DNA of 64,000 nucleotides from an uncultured Acidobacteriota bacterium (lineage in GTDB: Bacteria > Acidobacteriota > Vicinamibacteria > Fen-336), in assembly GCA_963831755.1 (NCBI GenBank), contig CAWHRC010000018.1:1690-65689 (forward strand), given 5' to 3'. Every line of letters starts with the position of its first letter. Positions within the stretch are counted from its first letter, which is position 1. Positions 21,472 to 31,969 of the stretch are shown here, in pieces. Position numbers and translations under genes: made by a program. The notes below the pieces were generated by a model, which made no database searches, was not told the origin of the DNA, and saw only the letters and a list, made by a program, of their open reading frames with translations.

Positions 21472-23586
21472 TCAGAAGCGCAGGGTGACGCTGAGGTCCA
21501 GCTGGCGGCTCGGCAGCAGGTAGTACTGCGCGTCGCCGAGCTCGCTCTCGGCGACCGGCGGGCGCGCGTCGCCGAGGTTGCGCCCGTCCAGCCGCAGCTC
21601 GAGCCGCTTCGCTGCGCCAGCCCAGCGCCGCCGACACGGTCGTGTAGGGGTCCGCCAGCGCGCGTGTTGCGCTTGTTCAGGTAGCGGTCGCCGACGTAGC
21701 GCACGTCGAGCAGCGCGAGCGGGCCGCGTTCCGGCGCGTAGACGATCGCGCCGCTCGCGAGGCGGCGCGGCGACATCTCGAGGCGGTTGCCGCGCGAGCT
21801 GTGTCGGGCACGCCGTCGAACTCGGTGACGAAGTCGCGGAAGCGCGAGTCGTGGAACGCTGCAGGCGCCGCGCAGCGGAGAGCCCGGGGCGCAGGCGCCA
21901 GCGCGAGCGAGGCCTCGATCCCCTTGAAGCGCTGCTTGCCGGCGTTCTGCAGGCGCGGGCAGGCCGTCCACGCTGCGCGCGACCACGAGGTTCTCGAAGT
22001 CCATCAGGAAGCCCGACAGCTCGAGCGCGAGGCGCCGTCGAGCAAGCGGCCGCTCGCCCCCAGCTCGTAGCTCTGGGCGGTCTCGGGCTTCAGGATGCCC
22101 GCCCTCTCCCTCGCCTCGCCGAGGCCGAAGTCGAAGACGGCGGGCTTGAACGTGTTGCGGTAGTCGCGCGAACAGGCGCACGACGTCCTTGCCGCGCGAC
22201 CAGGCCGTCCAGGACACGGCCGCGCTGCCGCTCGGCCGCACGTCGGTGCGCGACGGTTCCGGGCGCCGCCGCGTCCCGCTGCTCGCCCTCGTCGCGGGCC
22301 TCGTTCGTCGACGTTGAGGCGCAGCCCCGCTCTCGACCCGCCAGCGCGGGCCGGGGTTCCACTCGACGAAACCGTAGCCGCCGAAGAACTCGCGGCGGTC
22401 GCCGGAGCGCAGGTCCTCGGCCGTCGCCGCGGGAGCTGGCGTGCGGCGGATTCGAGCCGTCGAGCGCGAGCGAGGTAGTCGAAGACGCCGCCCTTGCTCT
22501 CGCCGTTGCCGTGCAGGAAGTCGACGCCGGCCACGACGCGCAGGCTGCGGGTCGCGCGTCCACTCCAGGTGGCGAGTCGAAGTACAGCTCGTTGATGCCG
22601 ATCTGTCTGCTGGAAGCCGGTCGCGTTGGCGTCCGTCGCGTCGAGGTCCGAGTCAGGAAGCCCGCGCAGCGCGTCCGAGGCTGCGTGCGGTGTAGGAGAG
22701 CGTCGTCGACCAGCAGGCCGCCGCTCGTCGGCCGGTCGTAGCCGAGCCGGGCGACGTAGCGGCGGCGGTCGAGGAAGGCGTCCGTCCGGGTTGTGGTTGG
22801 CGTCGAGCGGCACGCGCGGCGACAGCGGTCTGCCCCTCGCGCGGGTGCGGGCTGGCCGGGCTCTGGTCGACCAGGCTGGCGTCGACGTCGAAGCGCCAGC
22901 AGGCCCTTGCCGTCCACCCTGCGGTTGCGCCAGAGCAGGTGGCCGCGCTACCAGTCGGTGCGCGTCGTCGCGGAAGCCCTGGTGGCCACCGTCCAGAGCC
23001 AGAGCGCGAGTCCAGCCGGCCCACGGGGCAGGCGCGACGTCGAGGGAGCCGCCGCCGCTGCCGTAGCTGCCGCCGCTCGCGCGCAGGCTGCCGGGCGTCG
23101 CCGCGGGGCTCCTGCGCACCACCTGGATCACGCCGCTGAACGAGGTCGCGCCGTACATCACCGGCGCCGAGCCGCGCAGCACCTCGATGCGCTCGACGTC
23201 GGTCAGGTCGAGCGTCGGCGAGGTCGGGCGCGAAGGTGCCGCCCCAGGGCACGCCGTCGACCACGAGCAGGAAGGCGTCGAGCTCCTCGCAGGCCCCAGA
23301 TCTCCGGCACGGCGCCGGCCGGCCCGCCGTCGCCGCCGGGGCGACGTCGACGCCGGCGGCGAGCGACGAGCGCGCTCCGCAGATCGGTGGCGCCCCGGTC
23401 GCGCAGCTCCTGCGCCGTCACCACGTCGATCGAGGCCGGCACCTCGGCCACGTCCTCGGGGATGCGCGTGGCGGTGACGGTCACGTGCTCGCTGACGGTG
23501 GGGGGCGTCGGCGCGGGCGCCTTCGTGTCGGCGCCCGCCGGCGAGGCGCACCAGCACAGCAGGACTCCCGCGAAGAGCGCCTTCAT
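21472..23586 (-). CDS. TonB-dependent receptor, multiply frameshifted
   Basis: Signal peptide, VTVTATR TonB-box/plug, VERIEVLRGS..YG, LKPETAQSYELG and a terminal LDLSVTLRF beta-signal. Confidence 0.85.
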
Positions 23587-25034
23587 CGTCTTGGTTCTGA
23601 CCCTGCCAGAGCCTCGGGATCGTTCGCGAGCGAGTAGCCCATGACCGCGAACAGGGCGACTGCGCGCTGCAGGTCGGCGGGGCTCACCTTGTCGAGCGTG
23701 TCGGCCTGCGTGTGGTGCCAGTCGAAGTAGTGCTCGCCGACGGTGTCGATCGAGAGTCCCGGCACGCCCGCGCTCATCAGCGGAGCGATGTCGGCGCCCC
23801 CGCCGCCCCAGCGCACGACGCCGCGTCGATCGCGGCCAGCGGCTCGGCGATCCGGCGCAGCGCGAGCGAGCGCCGCCTGCGAGGCCGGGTCCGACTCGCC
23901 GGCCGGCGTGCGTGAAGCCGAAGCCGGTCGGCCGCTCGCAGCCGCCGTCCATCTCGATCGCCGCCACGTGGCGCGCGACGTCGTCGCCGAGCGCCGTCAC
24001 GGTACGCCTTCCCGCCGTCGCCCGAGTTCTCCTCGGAGACCCAGAGCACCGCGCGCAGCGTCCGCCTCGGCCGCAGCCCGAGCTGCTTCAGGATCGTGAG
24101 CGCCTGCCAGGCCGCCATGCACGAGCAGCCGTCGTCGTGCGCGCCCTGCCCGACGTCCCACGAGTCGAAGTGGCCGCCCATCACGACCACCTCGTCCGGC
24201 TGCTCGCTGCCGCGGATCTCGGCGATCACGTTGGCCGAGTCGGCGTCGGCCTCGAGCCGGGCCTCCATGTGCAGCGACACGGTGACCGTCTCGCCGGCCG
24301 CGGCCATGCGCTTCAGCCACTCGGCGTCCTCGACGGTGATCGCCGCCGCCGGGATCTGCGGCGCGTCCTTCTCGTAGGAGAGCATGCCCGGTGTGGGGCG
24401 TCGCGATCGAGCGCCCGGTCGCCGAGCGCACGAGGACGCCGACGGCGCCGAGCTTCGCCGCGGCGGACGCCCCTGACGTGCGATAGCGCACGGTCTCGCT
24501 CGTAGCCCTCCCACTCCGGCGTGAAGGCGACGATCTTCCCCTTCACCTTCGTCGCGGCCGAGCGCCGAAAGCTCGTCGAAGCTGCGCGCCACGACGACGG
24601 GCGCCGTGATCGCCGTCGCCGGGCGTGCCGACGCTCAGGCCCGAGACCCAGCATCGGCAGCTCGCGCGGGACCGGGGAGACGACGCGCGCCCACTCGCGC
24701 CCGCGCACCCAGTGCGGCACCTTCACCGGCTGCAGCCGCACGTTCTCGAGCCCGTCGGCCGCTCATGCCGTCCGCTCGCCCAGCGGATCGCCTGCTCGAG
24801 CGTCGGCGAGCCGCTCAGGCGGTGGCCGATCCGCGTGGTGAGGTGCTCGAGCTTGCGCCAGGCCCCGTCGTCGACCAGCGCGCCGGCCGAGGATGCGTGG
24901 ACCGGCGGCCGCGGCGGTCGCCGGCTCGGCCGGCCGCGCCGGAGCGGCGCGGCCGCGAGCAGGACGAGCGGCGGCGAGGACCGACGAGGACGTGCGGCGT
25001 TCGTCGGGTGTTCAGCTTCCGACCGGAGCTCCAC
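23583..25034 (-). CDS. M28 family metallopeptidase (carboxypeptidase Q-like), frameshifted
   Basis: IGHRLSGS, VPHWVRG, GGHFDSWDVGQGAHDDG, WVSEE, AIEMDGG, YFDWHHTQADTLDKV. Confidence 0.87.
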
Positions 25035-25099
25035 GGGCAAGTTACCACGGGCCGGCGGCGAGGAGCCGGCGGCCCGTGCTAGCATCCGCAAAGTCGGCG

Positions 25100-26758
25100 A
25101 TGACTCCACTCCGTCTGCGCGTCACACCCCCCGTCGGCGAGCCGTTCGACCACGTCTGCGAGGTCGATTCGCTCGTCGTCGGCCGCTCCTCGAAGGCCGA
25201 CCTCGTGCTCTCCGACCGCTTCCTGTCCCGACAGCACGCCCGCTTCTTCCGCGAGGGCGAGACGTGGATGGTCGAGGACCTCGGCTCGCGCAACACGACG
25301 CTGCTGAACGGCCGGCCGGTCGCGGCCCCGATGAAGGTCGACGCCGGGCGACCTCGTGAAGCTGTCGGAGACGGTGATCACGATCGAGGGCCTCGGGGCC
25401 GGGGCCCGCGCCGCGCAGCGCCCAGACCGACGCGCGCAGCGCCTCCTCGGACACGATGGTGCTGCGCTCCGCCTCCGAGCTGCTGGCCGCGGCGGAGAAG
25501 GAGTCCGCGGGCCGCCTCAAGCTGCTGAACGAGGTGCACCGCGCCCTGGCCGGGTCGCTCTCGCTCGAGGAGCTGCTGGAGCTGGTGCTCGACCGGGCCT
25601 TCGCCCACCTCGGCCCCGAGGAGGCGGTCATCTTCCTCAAGCGGCCGTACGGCGGCGGGCTGGAGCGCGCCGCGAGCCGGCGCCTGCCCGGGGCGAAGGG
25701 CGAGGAGCTGCACTCGCGCAGCCTCGAGCACGAGGTGGCCGAGAAGGCGCAGTCCGCGCTCGTGCTCGACGCGCTCACCGACGAGCGCTTCGCGGCCGCG
25801 GAGAGCATCCTCAGCTCCGGCGTGCGCAGCCTGATCGCGGCACCCCTGCTCGGCCCGGCGGGCAGCGAGGGCATGATCGTGCTCAGCTCGCGCGTGCACC
25901 TGCGCCGCTTCTCGGAGGCCGGACCTCGAGCTGCTGACGGCGCTCGCCTCGGTGGCGGCCCTGCGCATCCGCAACCTCTCGCTCGCGGAGGAGGCGGCCC
26001 GCCGGCGCGAGCTCGAGAAGGAGATGACGATCGCGCGGCAGATCCAGATGACGCTGCTGCCCGAGAGCCTGCCCGAGATCCCCGGCTACTCGGTGTTCGC
26101 GGTCAACGACGCCTCGCGCTCGGTGTCCGGCGACTTCTACGAGTTCCAGGGCCGCGACGAAGGCGACGAGCAGGTGATCGTGATCGCCGACGTCTCCGGC
26201 AAGGGGATGGCGGCCTCGCTGCTCGCGGCCACGGTCGACGCGCTGCTGATGGGACCGATCGAGGTCGGCTACACGACCGACCTGATCTGCTCGCGCGTCT
26301 CGCGCCGGCTGTTCATGAAGACGCCGCCGGAGCGCTACGTCACGGCCTTCGTCTGCGCGCTCGACCCGAGCAGCGGCCGGCTCAGCTACACGAACGCCGG
26401 CCACAACGCCGGCCTGCTGGTCCGCGCGGACGGCTCGCGTGCAGCTGCTCGAGGCGAACGGGGTGCCGATCGGGCTGTTCCCGGAGGTGCACGTACGAGC
26501 GGACCGAGGTGACGCTCGGCCCCGGTGACCTGCTGCGTGCTGTACACCGACGGCATCACGGAGGCCGCGAACCCGGTGGGCGACGAGTTCGGCCTCGACC
26601 GGCTGCAGGCGGTGGTGCGCCGCTACGCGCGCGAGCCGCTGATCGCGCTGGCGGTCGCGATCGAGGCGGCGGTCGAGGTGTTCGTGGACGGCACTCCCTT
26701 CGGCGACGACCGCACGCTCGTCATGCTGCGCCGCGAGCCCGCCTCGGCCGACGCGTAG
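25100..26758 (+). CDS. FHA-GAF-SpoIIE (PP2C, RsbU-like) phosphatase, frameshifted
   Basis: FHA: VGRS, SRQHA, DLGSRNTTLLNG. GAF: RSLIAAPL. PP2C: VSGDFY, IADVSGKG, NAGHN, LYTDGITEA, DDRT. Confidence 0.88.
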
Positions 26759-26767
26759 CCCGCGCGC

Positions 26768-27010
26768 TCAGCGCACCTCGAGCAGCGACGCCTTCAGGTC
26801 GACCGAGCTGCCGCCGCCGTCGTCCTTCAGCGAGAGCCGGCGCGCCACCGGGCGCAGCTGCGCGATCTTCTCCTCGAGCGTCATGCGCGAGAGAAGCTCG
26901 GCGACGCGCCGCTCGGGGTCGGGGGCGTCACTGCGCGCCGGCGCGGCGAGCGTCGGCGCCAGCCCGGCGCCGGCGATCAGAGCCAGGGCGAAGCGGGCGC
27001 TTCGACTCAT
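26768..27010 (-). pseudogene. Collapsed GH3 beta-glucosidase: N-terminus fused in frame to the C-terminus
   Basis: Signal peptide and ERRVAELLSRMTLEEKIAQL (GH3 start) are joined within 12 aa to GGSSVDLK...LEVR (GH3 Fn3-like end). Confidence 0.7.
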
Positions 27011-29535
27011 CGTGAGCCTCCCGCGGCAGTGCCGGCCGTGATCGTGGCGTGGCCAGCGGCCAGACCGTCAGCCGTGGCGGTCACCCGGACCTCTCCCGGG
27101 GTGCCGCGCTTGCCGCGCACGATCAGCAGCGCGAGGCCGTTGAACGCCTTGCGCTGGTCGGCCTGGAACGGCTCGACGGTCGCGGCGTTGCCGTTGTCGA
27201 CGGCCGCGATCGTGCCGGCGCCCTCGAGCGTGAACTTCACGAGGTTGTCGGCCTCGGGACAGAGGTTGCCGTCCTTGTCCTCGACGCGCACGGTCACGAA
27301 CGACAGGTCCTCGCCGTCGGCCTGGATCGTCGTGCGGTCGGGCTGCGAGCACGACGCGCGCCGGCGCGCCGGCGGTGCGCACGACGTCGGTCGCCACCGA
27401 CTTGCCGCCCGTCGTAGGCGACGGCCTTCAGCTCGCCCGGCGCGTACGGCACCTGCCACACGATCCGGTACTTGGTCTGGAACTTCACGTCGTCGCTGAC
27501 GTTCTTGCCGACCGGGATCACGACCGGCTCCGCGCCCTTCTGCTTGCGCCCGAGCGACTTGCCGTTCAGGAACAGCTCGACGGCCTCGCGCGTTCGTGTA
27601 GGCCATGACGGGGATCGCCTGGCCCTCGCGCCCGGCCCAGTTCCAGTGCGGCAGCAGGTGGACCATCGGCTGCCTCGTCCACTGGCTCTGGTAGAGGTAG
27701 AAGCGGTCCTTGGGGAAGCCGGCGAGGTCGACGATCCCGAAGTACGAGCTGCGCGCCGGCCAGTCGTTCTCGTCGCGCGGCTCGTTCCCAGAAGTAGGGC
27801 GTCGGCTCGCCGAGGTAGTCGAAGCCCGTCCACACGAACTCGCCCAGGATCTGCGGCGAGGCTTCTCGAGCGCCGCGAACTCGACGTCGGGGCAGTAGGC
27901 CCAGGGCGGCGCGATCACGTCGTAGCTCGTCAGCTGGCAGCGAGGGGTGCTTCTGGTACTTCTCGATCGGCAGGTGGTAGACGCCGCGCGAGCTGACGCA
28001 GGAGGCGGTCTCGGCGCCGACCATCGTCCACTGCGGGTGCTCGGCGACGAACTGCGCGTAGTGCGCGCGCGCGGTAGTTGAAGCCGGGGATGTCGACCTG
28101 CTCGGCCAGGTGGTTCTTGATCGCCGCGTCGGCGGCGTTGAAGGCGGCCGTGGTCGGGCGCGTCGGGTCCTCCTGCCGGCAGATGTCGGTCAGGCGCTTG
28201 GCGATCTTCCAGCCGTCCTCGCGTCCCTGCTCGGGGATCTCGTTGCCGATGCTCCACATCACGACGCTCGGGTGGTTGCGGTCGCGGCGGAGCATGTCGC
28301 GCAGGTCGGTGCTCGCCCCACTCGTCGAAGAACTTGCTGAGGCCGTTCTTGACCTTGGGCATGCTGCCACATGTCGAAGGCCTCGTCCATGACGAGGAAG
28401 CCCATGCGGTCGGCGAGATCCAGCAGCTCGGGCGAGGGCGGATTGTGGCTGGTGCGGATCGCGTTCGCACCCATGCGCTTGCAGGATCTCGAGCTGGCGC
28501 TCGGTGGCGCGCCGGTTGACGGCCGCGCCGAGCGCGCCGAGGTCGTGGTGGTCGCAGACGCCCTGGAAGCGCACGCGGCGGCCGTTGAGCAGGAAGCCCT
28601 TCTGCGGCCCGAACTCGATCGTGCGGATGCCGAACGGCGTCGAGTAGCGGTCGAGCACGCTCGCCGCCGCGCTTGACGACGCTGACGCGCGGTGTAGAGG
28701 TACGGCCGTTCGAGGTCCCAGCGCTGCGGCTCGTCGATCGTCAGCAGCATCGGCAGGAACTCGCTCCCACCCCCGGGGATCGTCGGCTCGGCCTGTCCGC
28801 GCGCGACGACCTGCCCGGCTGCGTCCACGATCGTCGTCTCGAGCAGGACCGTGGCCGGCTGTGGCTCGCGGTTGTGCAGCTCGGTGCGGATCGACACGCT
28901 GGCCCGGGCGTCGTTCACGCTCGGGGTGGTGACGTACGTGCCCCAGCGCGCGACGTGCACCGGGCCGGTCGCGTCGATCCAGACGTGGCGGTAGATCCCG
29001 GCGCCCGGGTACCAGCGCGAGGACTGCTCCTCGGGCGCGAGGCGCACGGCGAGCACGTTCTCGCCGCCGAACACGCAGCTGCGGCGTGAGGTCGAAGCGA
29101 GAAGCCGATGTACCCGTAGGGGCGGCCGCCCAGCTCGTGGCCGTTCAGGTAGACCTTCGCGTTCGACATCGCGCCGTCGAACTCGACCGAGTAGTAGCGG
29201 CCCCGCGCCGAGGCCGGCACCGTGAAGTGCTTGCGGTACCAGGCGACGCCGAAAGCGGGCAGCGCGCCGGCGTGCGGGTTGATCTTCGGGTCGAACGGGC
29301 CCTCGATCGCCCAGTCGTGCGGCAGGTCGAGCGTGCGCCAGGCGCCGTCGGCGAAGCCGGGCGCCTCGGCCCCCGGCAGCTCGCCCTTCTGGAAGCGCCA
29401 GCCGTGGTCGAAGCTGGCGCGCCGCTCACCGGCAGCGGGGAGGTCGTCGGCGCGTGTGGACGACGCGCCCGCCGCGACCAGGGCGCCGAGCCAGAGAGAG
29501 ACGACGGCCGCGCGGGCCGGGTGTCGCAGGCGCAT
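27007..29535 (-). CDS. GH2 beta-galactosidase (GalB/BoGH2A-like, DUF4982), frameshifted
   Basis: LDLPHDWAIEGPF, SRWYPGAGIYRHV, HHDLGALG, IRTSHNPP, NHPSVVMWSIGNE, FVWTGFDYLGEPTPY, HLLPHWNW. Confidence 0.92.
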
Positions 29536-29564
29536 GATGGCCTCCCGACCGGCGATTCTACGCT

Positions 29565-31037
29565 TCAGGGTGCGAGCACGAGGCCGACCGCCGACAGCCT
29601 CGGCAGCTCGAGCGTGATCGTTCCGCCGCTGCAGCTGGCCGGGTGCGCCGCGGGGCCGGTCGCGGCGGCGTAGGCGTCCGCGTCGAGGCGCAGCGCACTG
29701 ACGGCCGAGCACGAACGGCCCGCCAGCGCCACGTCGGCCGCGAGCGCGTCGCCCTTGTTGACGAGCAGGACGCCGAGGCTGCCGTCGCTGCCGCGGACGG
29801 CGTGCACGGTCGCGCGCGACGTCGCCTGGTCGGTGCTCGCTCCCAGCACCTCGACGGCGGGGTCGCGGCGGCCGAGGCCGAGCGTGCGGCCGACGAGGTA
29901 CATCGGCCAGTAGTTCTTCGTGCGCGAAGGAGGGCTCGTGCGGTCGGAGAGAAGCCCGTGCGGGTCGTCGGCGGTGAGATCGATCCAGAGGTTGCCGAGG
30001 TCGATGCAGCCGAACAGCTCCCCGGCGGTGTCCGCGAGCCACAGCGCCTGCTCGATCGTGTACTGGCCGCGCACGGCACCCGTGTCCCAGATCGCGGCGT
30101 TGTACTCGGTGAGCGCCACGCCGATTCCGGAGCCGCCGGCCGCCGCCAGACGCTCGCGGATCGCCTGCACGAAGCCCGGGATCTGCTGCGGTGAGGCGAG
30201 GTCGATCCCCGCCGAGTTCGTGTTGGAGATCCAGGTGCCGTAGTAGTGGAACGCGAAGTAGTCGAGCAGCGGCAGCTTGCCGCGTGCCGCGAGGCCGTCG
30301 ATGAAGCCGTCGCGCCAGGAGGCCTCGGTGCCGGAGCCGACGGGCCCGAGCAGCCGAGCCGACGGGTCCTCGCGCTTCACCGCCTCGCCCAGCGTCACGA
30401 AGCGCTCGACGTAGTCGGGCGGCGAGAGCATCGGGTTCCAGGAGCCGTCGTTCTCGTTGCCGACCTCGTAGAACGCCCCGGCGTAGCCGCGGGAGACGAA
30501 CAGGCGGACGAGCGCGCGGGCCTCGGCGACGGCGTCGTGCGCCTGGCCGTCGATCACGTGGTCGAAGGGGTTGAGCGAGTACATCGGCTCGCCGCCGACG
30601 CTGCCGACGAACGCCAGGAACGGCTCGGGGCCCGTGCCCCAGCTCCAGTCGTCCCACTTCGCCATGCTCTTGTCGGACGCCCTCATCGAAAGCCAGCAGA
30701 AGGTGTTCGCCAGGTTGCCGCCGGGGAAGCGCAGCAGGCGCGCGCCGCGCTCGACGACGTACTGGCCCGTCGGTTCCCCGACCTTCGACGGCGCCACCCA
30801 CGCCGCCAGGTTGCCGCCCAGCACGCGGCCCGGGTCGACGGTGCGCGCCACGCGTGCGGTGTCGACGTTCACGCGGACGCGCGCGGCCGACGGCGACGAG
30901 CCCTGAGAGGACGGGCTCGTGGGGCTGCCGGAGCCGCCGCAGGCCGAGAGCACGGCCAGGGCCAGCGAGGCAACGAGGGCGTGGCGGGCGCAGCGTCGCA
31001 CGGGGTGTGAGCATACGGCGGGCGCCGGCGTCGGCAC
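29565..31037 (-). CDS. Lipoprotein glycoside hydrolase, clan GH-A (GH44/GH51/GH79-like)
   Basis: Lipobox LSAC with a Ser-rich linker, LRFPGG, YEVGNEND (acid/base), LTEYN (nucleophile) and a C-terminal beta-sandwich (LLVNK). Confidence 0.75.
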   Translation of the reverse strand: MPTPAPAVCSHPVRRCARHALVASLALAVLSACGGSGSPTSPSSQGSSPSAARVRVNVDTARVARTVDPGRVLGGNLAAWVAPSKVGEPTGQYVVERGARLLRFPGGNLANTFCWLSMRASDKSMAKWDDWSWGTGPEPFLAFVGSVGGEPMYSLNPFDHVIDGQAHDAVAEARALVRLFVSRGYAGAFYEVGNENDGSWNPMLSPPDYVERFVTLGEAVKREDPSARLLGPVGSGTEASWRDGFIDGLAARGKLPLLDYFAFHYYGTWISNTNSAGIDLASPQQIPGFVQAIRERLAAAGGSGIGVALTEYNAAIWDTGAVRGQYTIEQALWLADTAGELFGCIDLGNLWIDLTADDPHGLLSDRTSPPSRTKNYWPMYLVGRTLGLGRRDPAVEVLGASTDQATSRATVHAVRGSDGSLGVLLVNKGDALAADVALAGRSCSAVSALRLDADAYAAATGPAAHPASCSGGTITLELPRLSAVGLVLAP

Positions 31038-31089
31038 ATGGTTCTTTCGCACCACGCGTCGCGGGCCGTCGCTCCGCGTCAGGACCCCA

Positions 31090-31185
31090 TCAGAACCGGA
31101 ATCCCAACGACAGGAAGTACTCGCGCGGGAACGGGCCGAGCTCGCCCCAGGTATCACCTGCGCGCTCTTTCAGACGTAGGATCAT
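31090..31185 (-). pseudogene. C-terminal remnant of an outer-membrane beta-barrel (TonB receptor-like)
   Basis: Reads MILRLKERAGDTWGELGPFPREYFLSLGFRF*; PRxYxLSLGFRF is a typical terminal beta-strand. Confidence 0.55.
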
Positions 31186-31190
31186 GCCAG

Positions 31191-31228
31191 TTGACCGGGT
31201 TCCGACGAGTCAGTATAGTCAATATGAC
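31191..31228 (+). promoter_or_regulatory. Sigma70 promoter and probable operator of the TA operon
   Basis: TTGACC-17 nt-TATAGT, an overlapping near-palindrome GTCAATATGAC, and CGAGTCAGT repeated at 31206 and 31241. Confidence 0.7.
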
Positions 31229-31247
31229 CTGTTCGGAGGGCGAGTCA

Positions 31248-31529
31248 GTGACGACCACGGTGTCGGCGGCGAAGGCCAAGGCGGAGTTCGCGGAGTGCAT
31301 CAGGAAGGCGGAGGCAGGCGACCCAGTCGTGATCACCCGCCACGGCAGGGCGGTCGTTGCCCTGGTGCGCGCCGATCGTCTGCAGCAGCTGGAGCGGCTC
31401 GGCTCGGCAGGGCCCGCAGCGGGCCTGGCCGGTCTCGCGGGTGGCTGGCGTGGATCAGAGGAGCTGGTGAGACTCCTGGCCGGATCGCGGCGGACGAGGG
31501 CGAGGCGCGTACCTCGGCTCGGCCGCTGA
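31248..31529 (+). CDS. Phd/YefM family antitoxin
   Basis: VSAAKAKAEFAECIRKAEAGDPVVITRHGRAVVALV, with a GGAGG RBS upstream of the GTG. Confidence 0.88.
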   Translation: MTTTVSAAKAKAEFAECIRKAEAGDPVVITRHGRAVVALVRADRLQQLERLGSAGPAAGLAGLAGGWRGSEELVRLLAGSRRTRARRVPRLGR

Positions 31530-31533
31530 GCCG

Positions 31534-31959
31534 ATGGCCTACCTGTTCGATACGGACGCGATCTCCGAGGTGCTCAAGCCCCGTCCGGCGGCCGGTTACG
31601 TGACTTGGCTCGCGGCCGTTCCGCGAGAGGAGCAATTCACGAGCGCTGTGGTGGTGGGCGAGCTGTACAAGGGGGCGTTTCGTTCGTCTGCCGCCGCGCG
31701 TCACCTGGAGAACGTCGAGCAGCGGGTGCTGCCGGCGGTGACCGTGCTCTCGTACGACGTGGCCGCCGCGCGCGTGTACGGGCAAGTTCGAGCTCAGCTG
31801 GAGTCTGCGGGTCGGCCGCTGGCCGACGCCGATCTCCAGATCGCCGCGACCGCCCTTGTCCACGATCTGGAGCTCGTGACCGGGAACGTGAAGCACTTCA
31901 AGCGCGTGCCCGGGTTGCGGATCTCACCCGTGCTGGCGGAGGCCCGGATTCGCGCCTGA
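31534..31959 (+). CDS. vapC: VapC PIN-domain toxin
   Basis: YLFDTDAISE, SAVVVGEL, DADLQIAATA, LVTGNVKHF. Confidence 0.92.
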   Translation: MAYLFDTDAISEVLKPRPAAGYVTWLAAVPREEQFTSAVVVGELYKGAFRSSAAARHLENVEQRVLPAVTVLSYDVAAARVYGQVRAQLESAGRPLADADLQIAATALVHDLELVTGNVKHFKRVPGLRISPVLAEARIRA

Positions 31960-31969
31960 GCCAGCTCCC

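Noticed and set aside
801-29100. Numerous frameshifts in araB, araD, zwf, galE, fcl, the Hyp genes, TonB receptor, M28 peptidase, PP2C and GH2, read as mass pseudogenisation or programmed frameshifting
   Set aside because: The indels are patchy (dense blocks alternate with clean ones), hit housekeeping genes, and leave catalytic motifs intact. This pattern fits low-coverage long-read consensus error.
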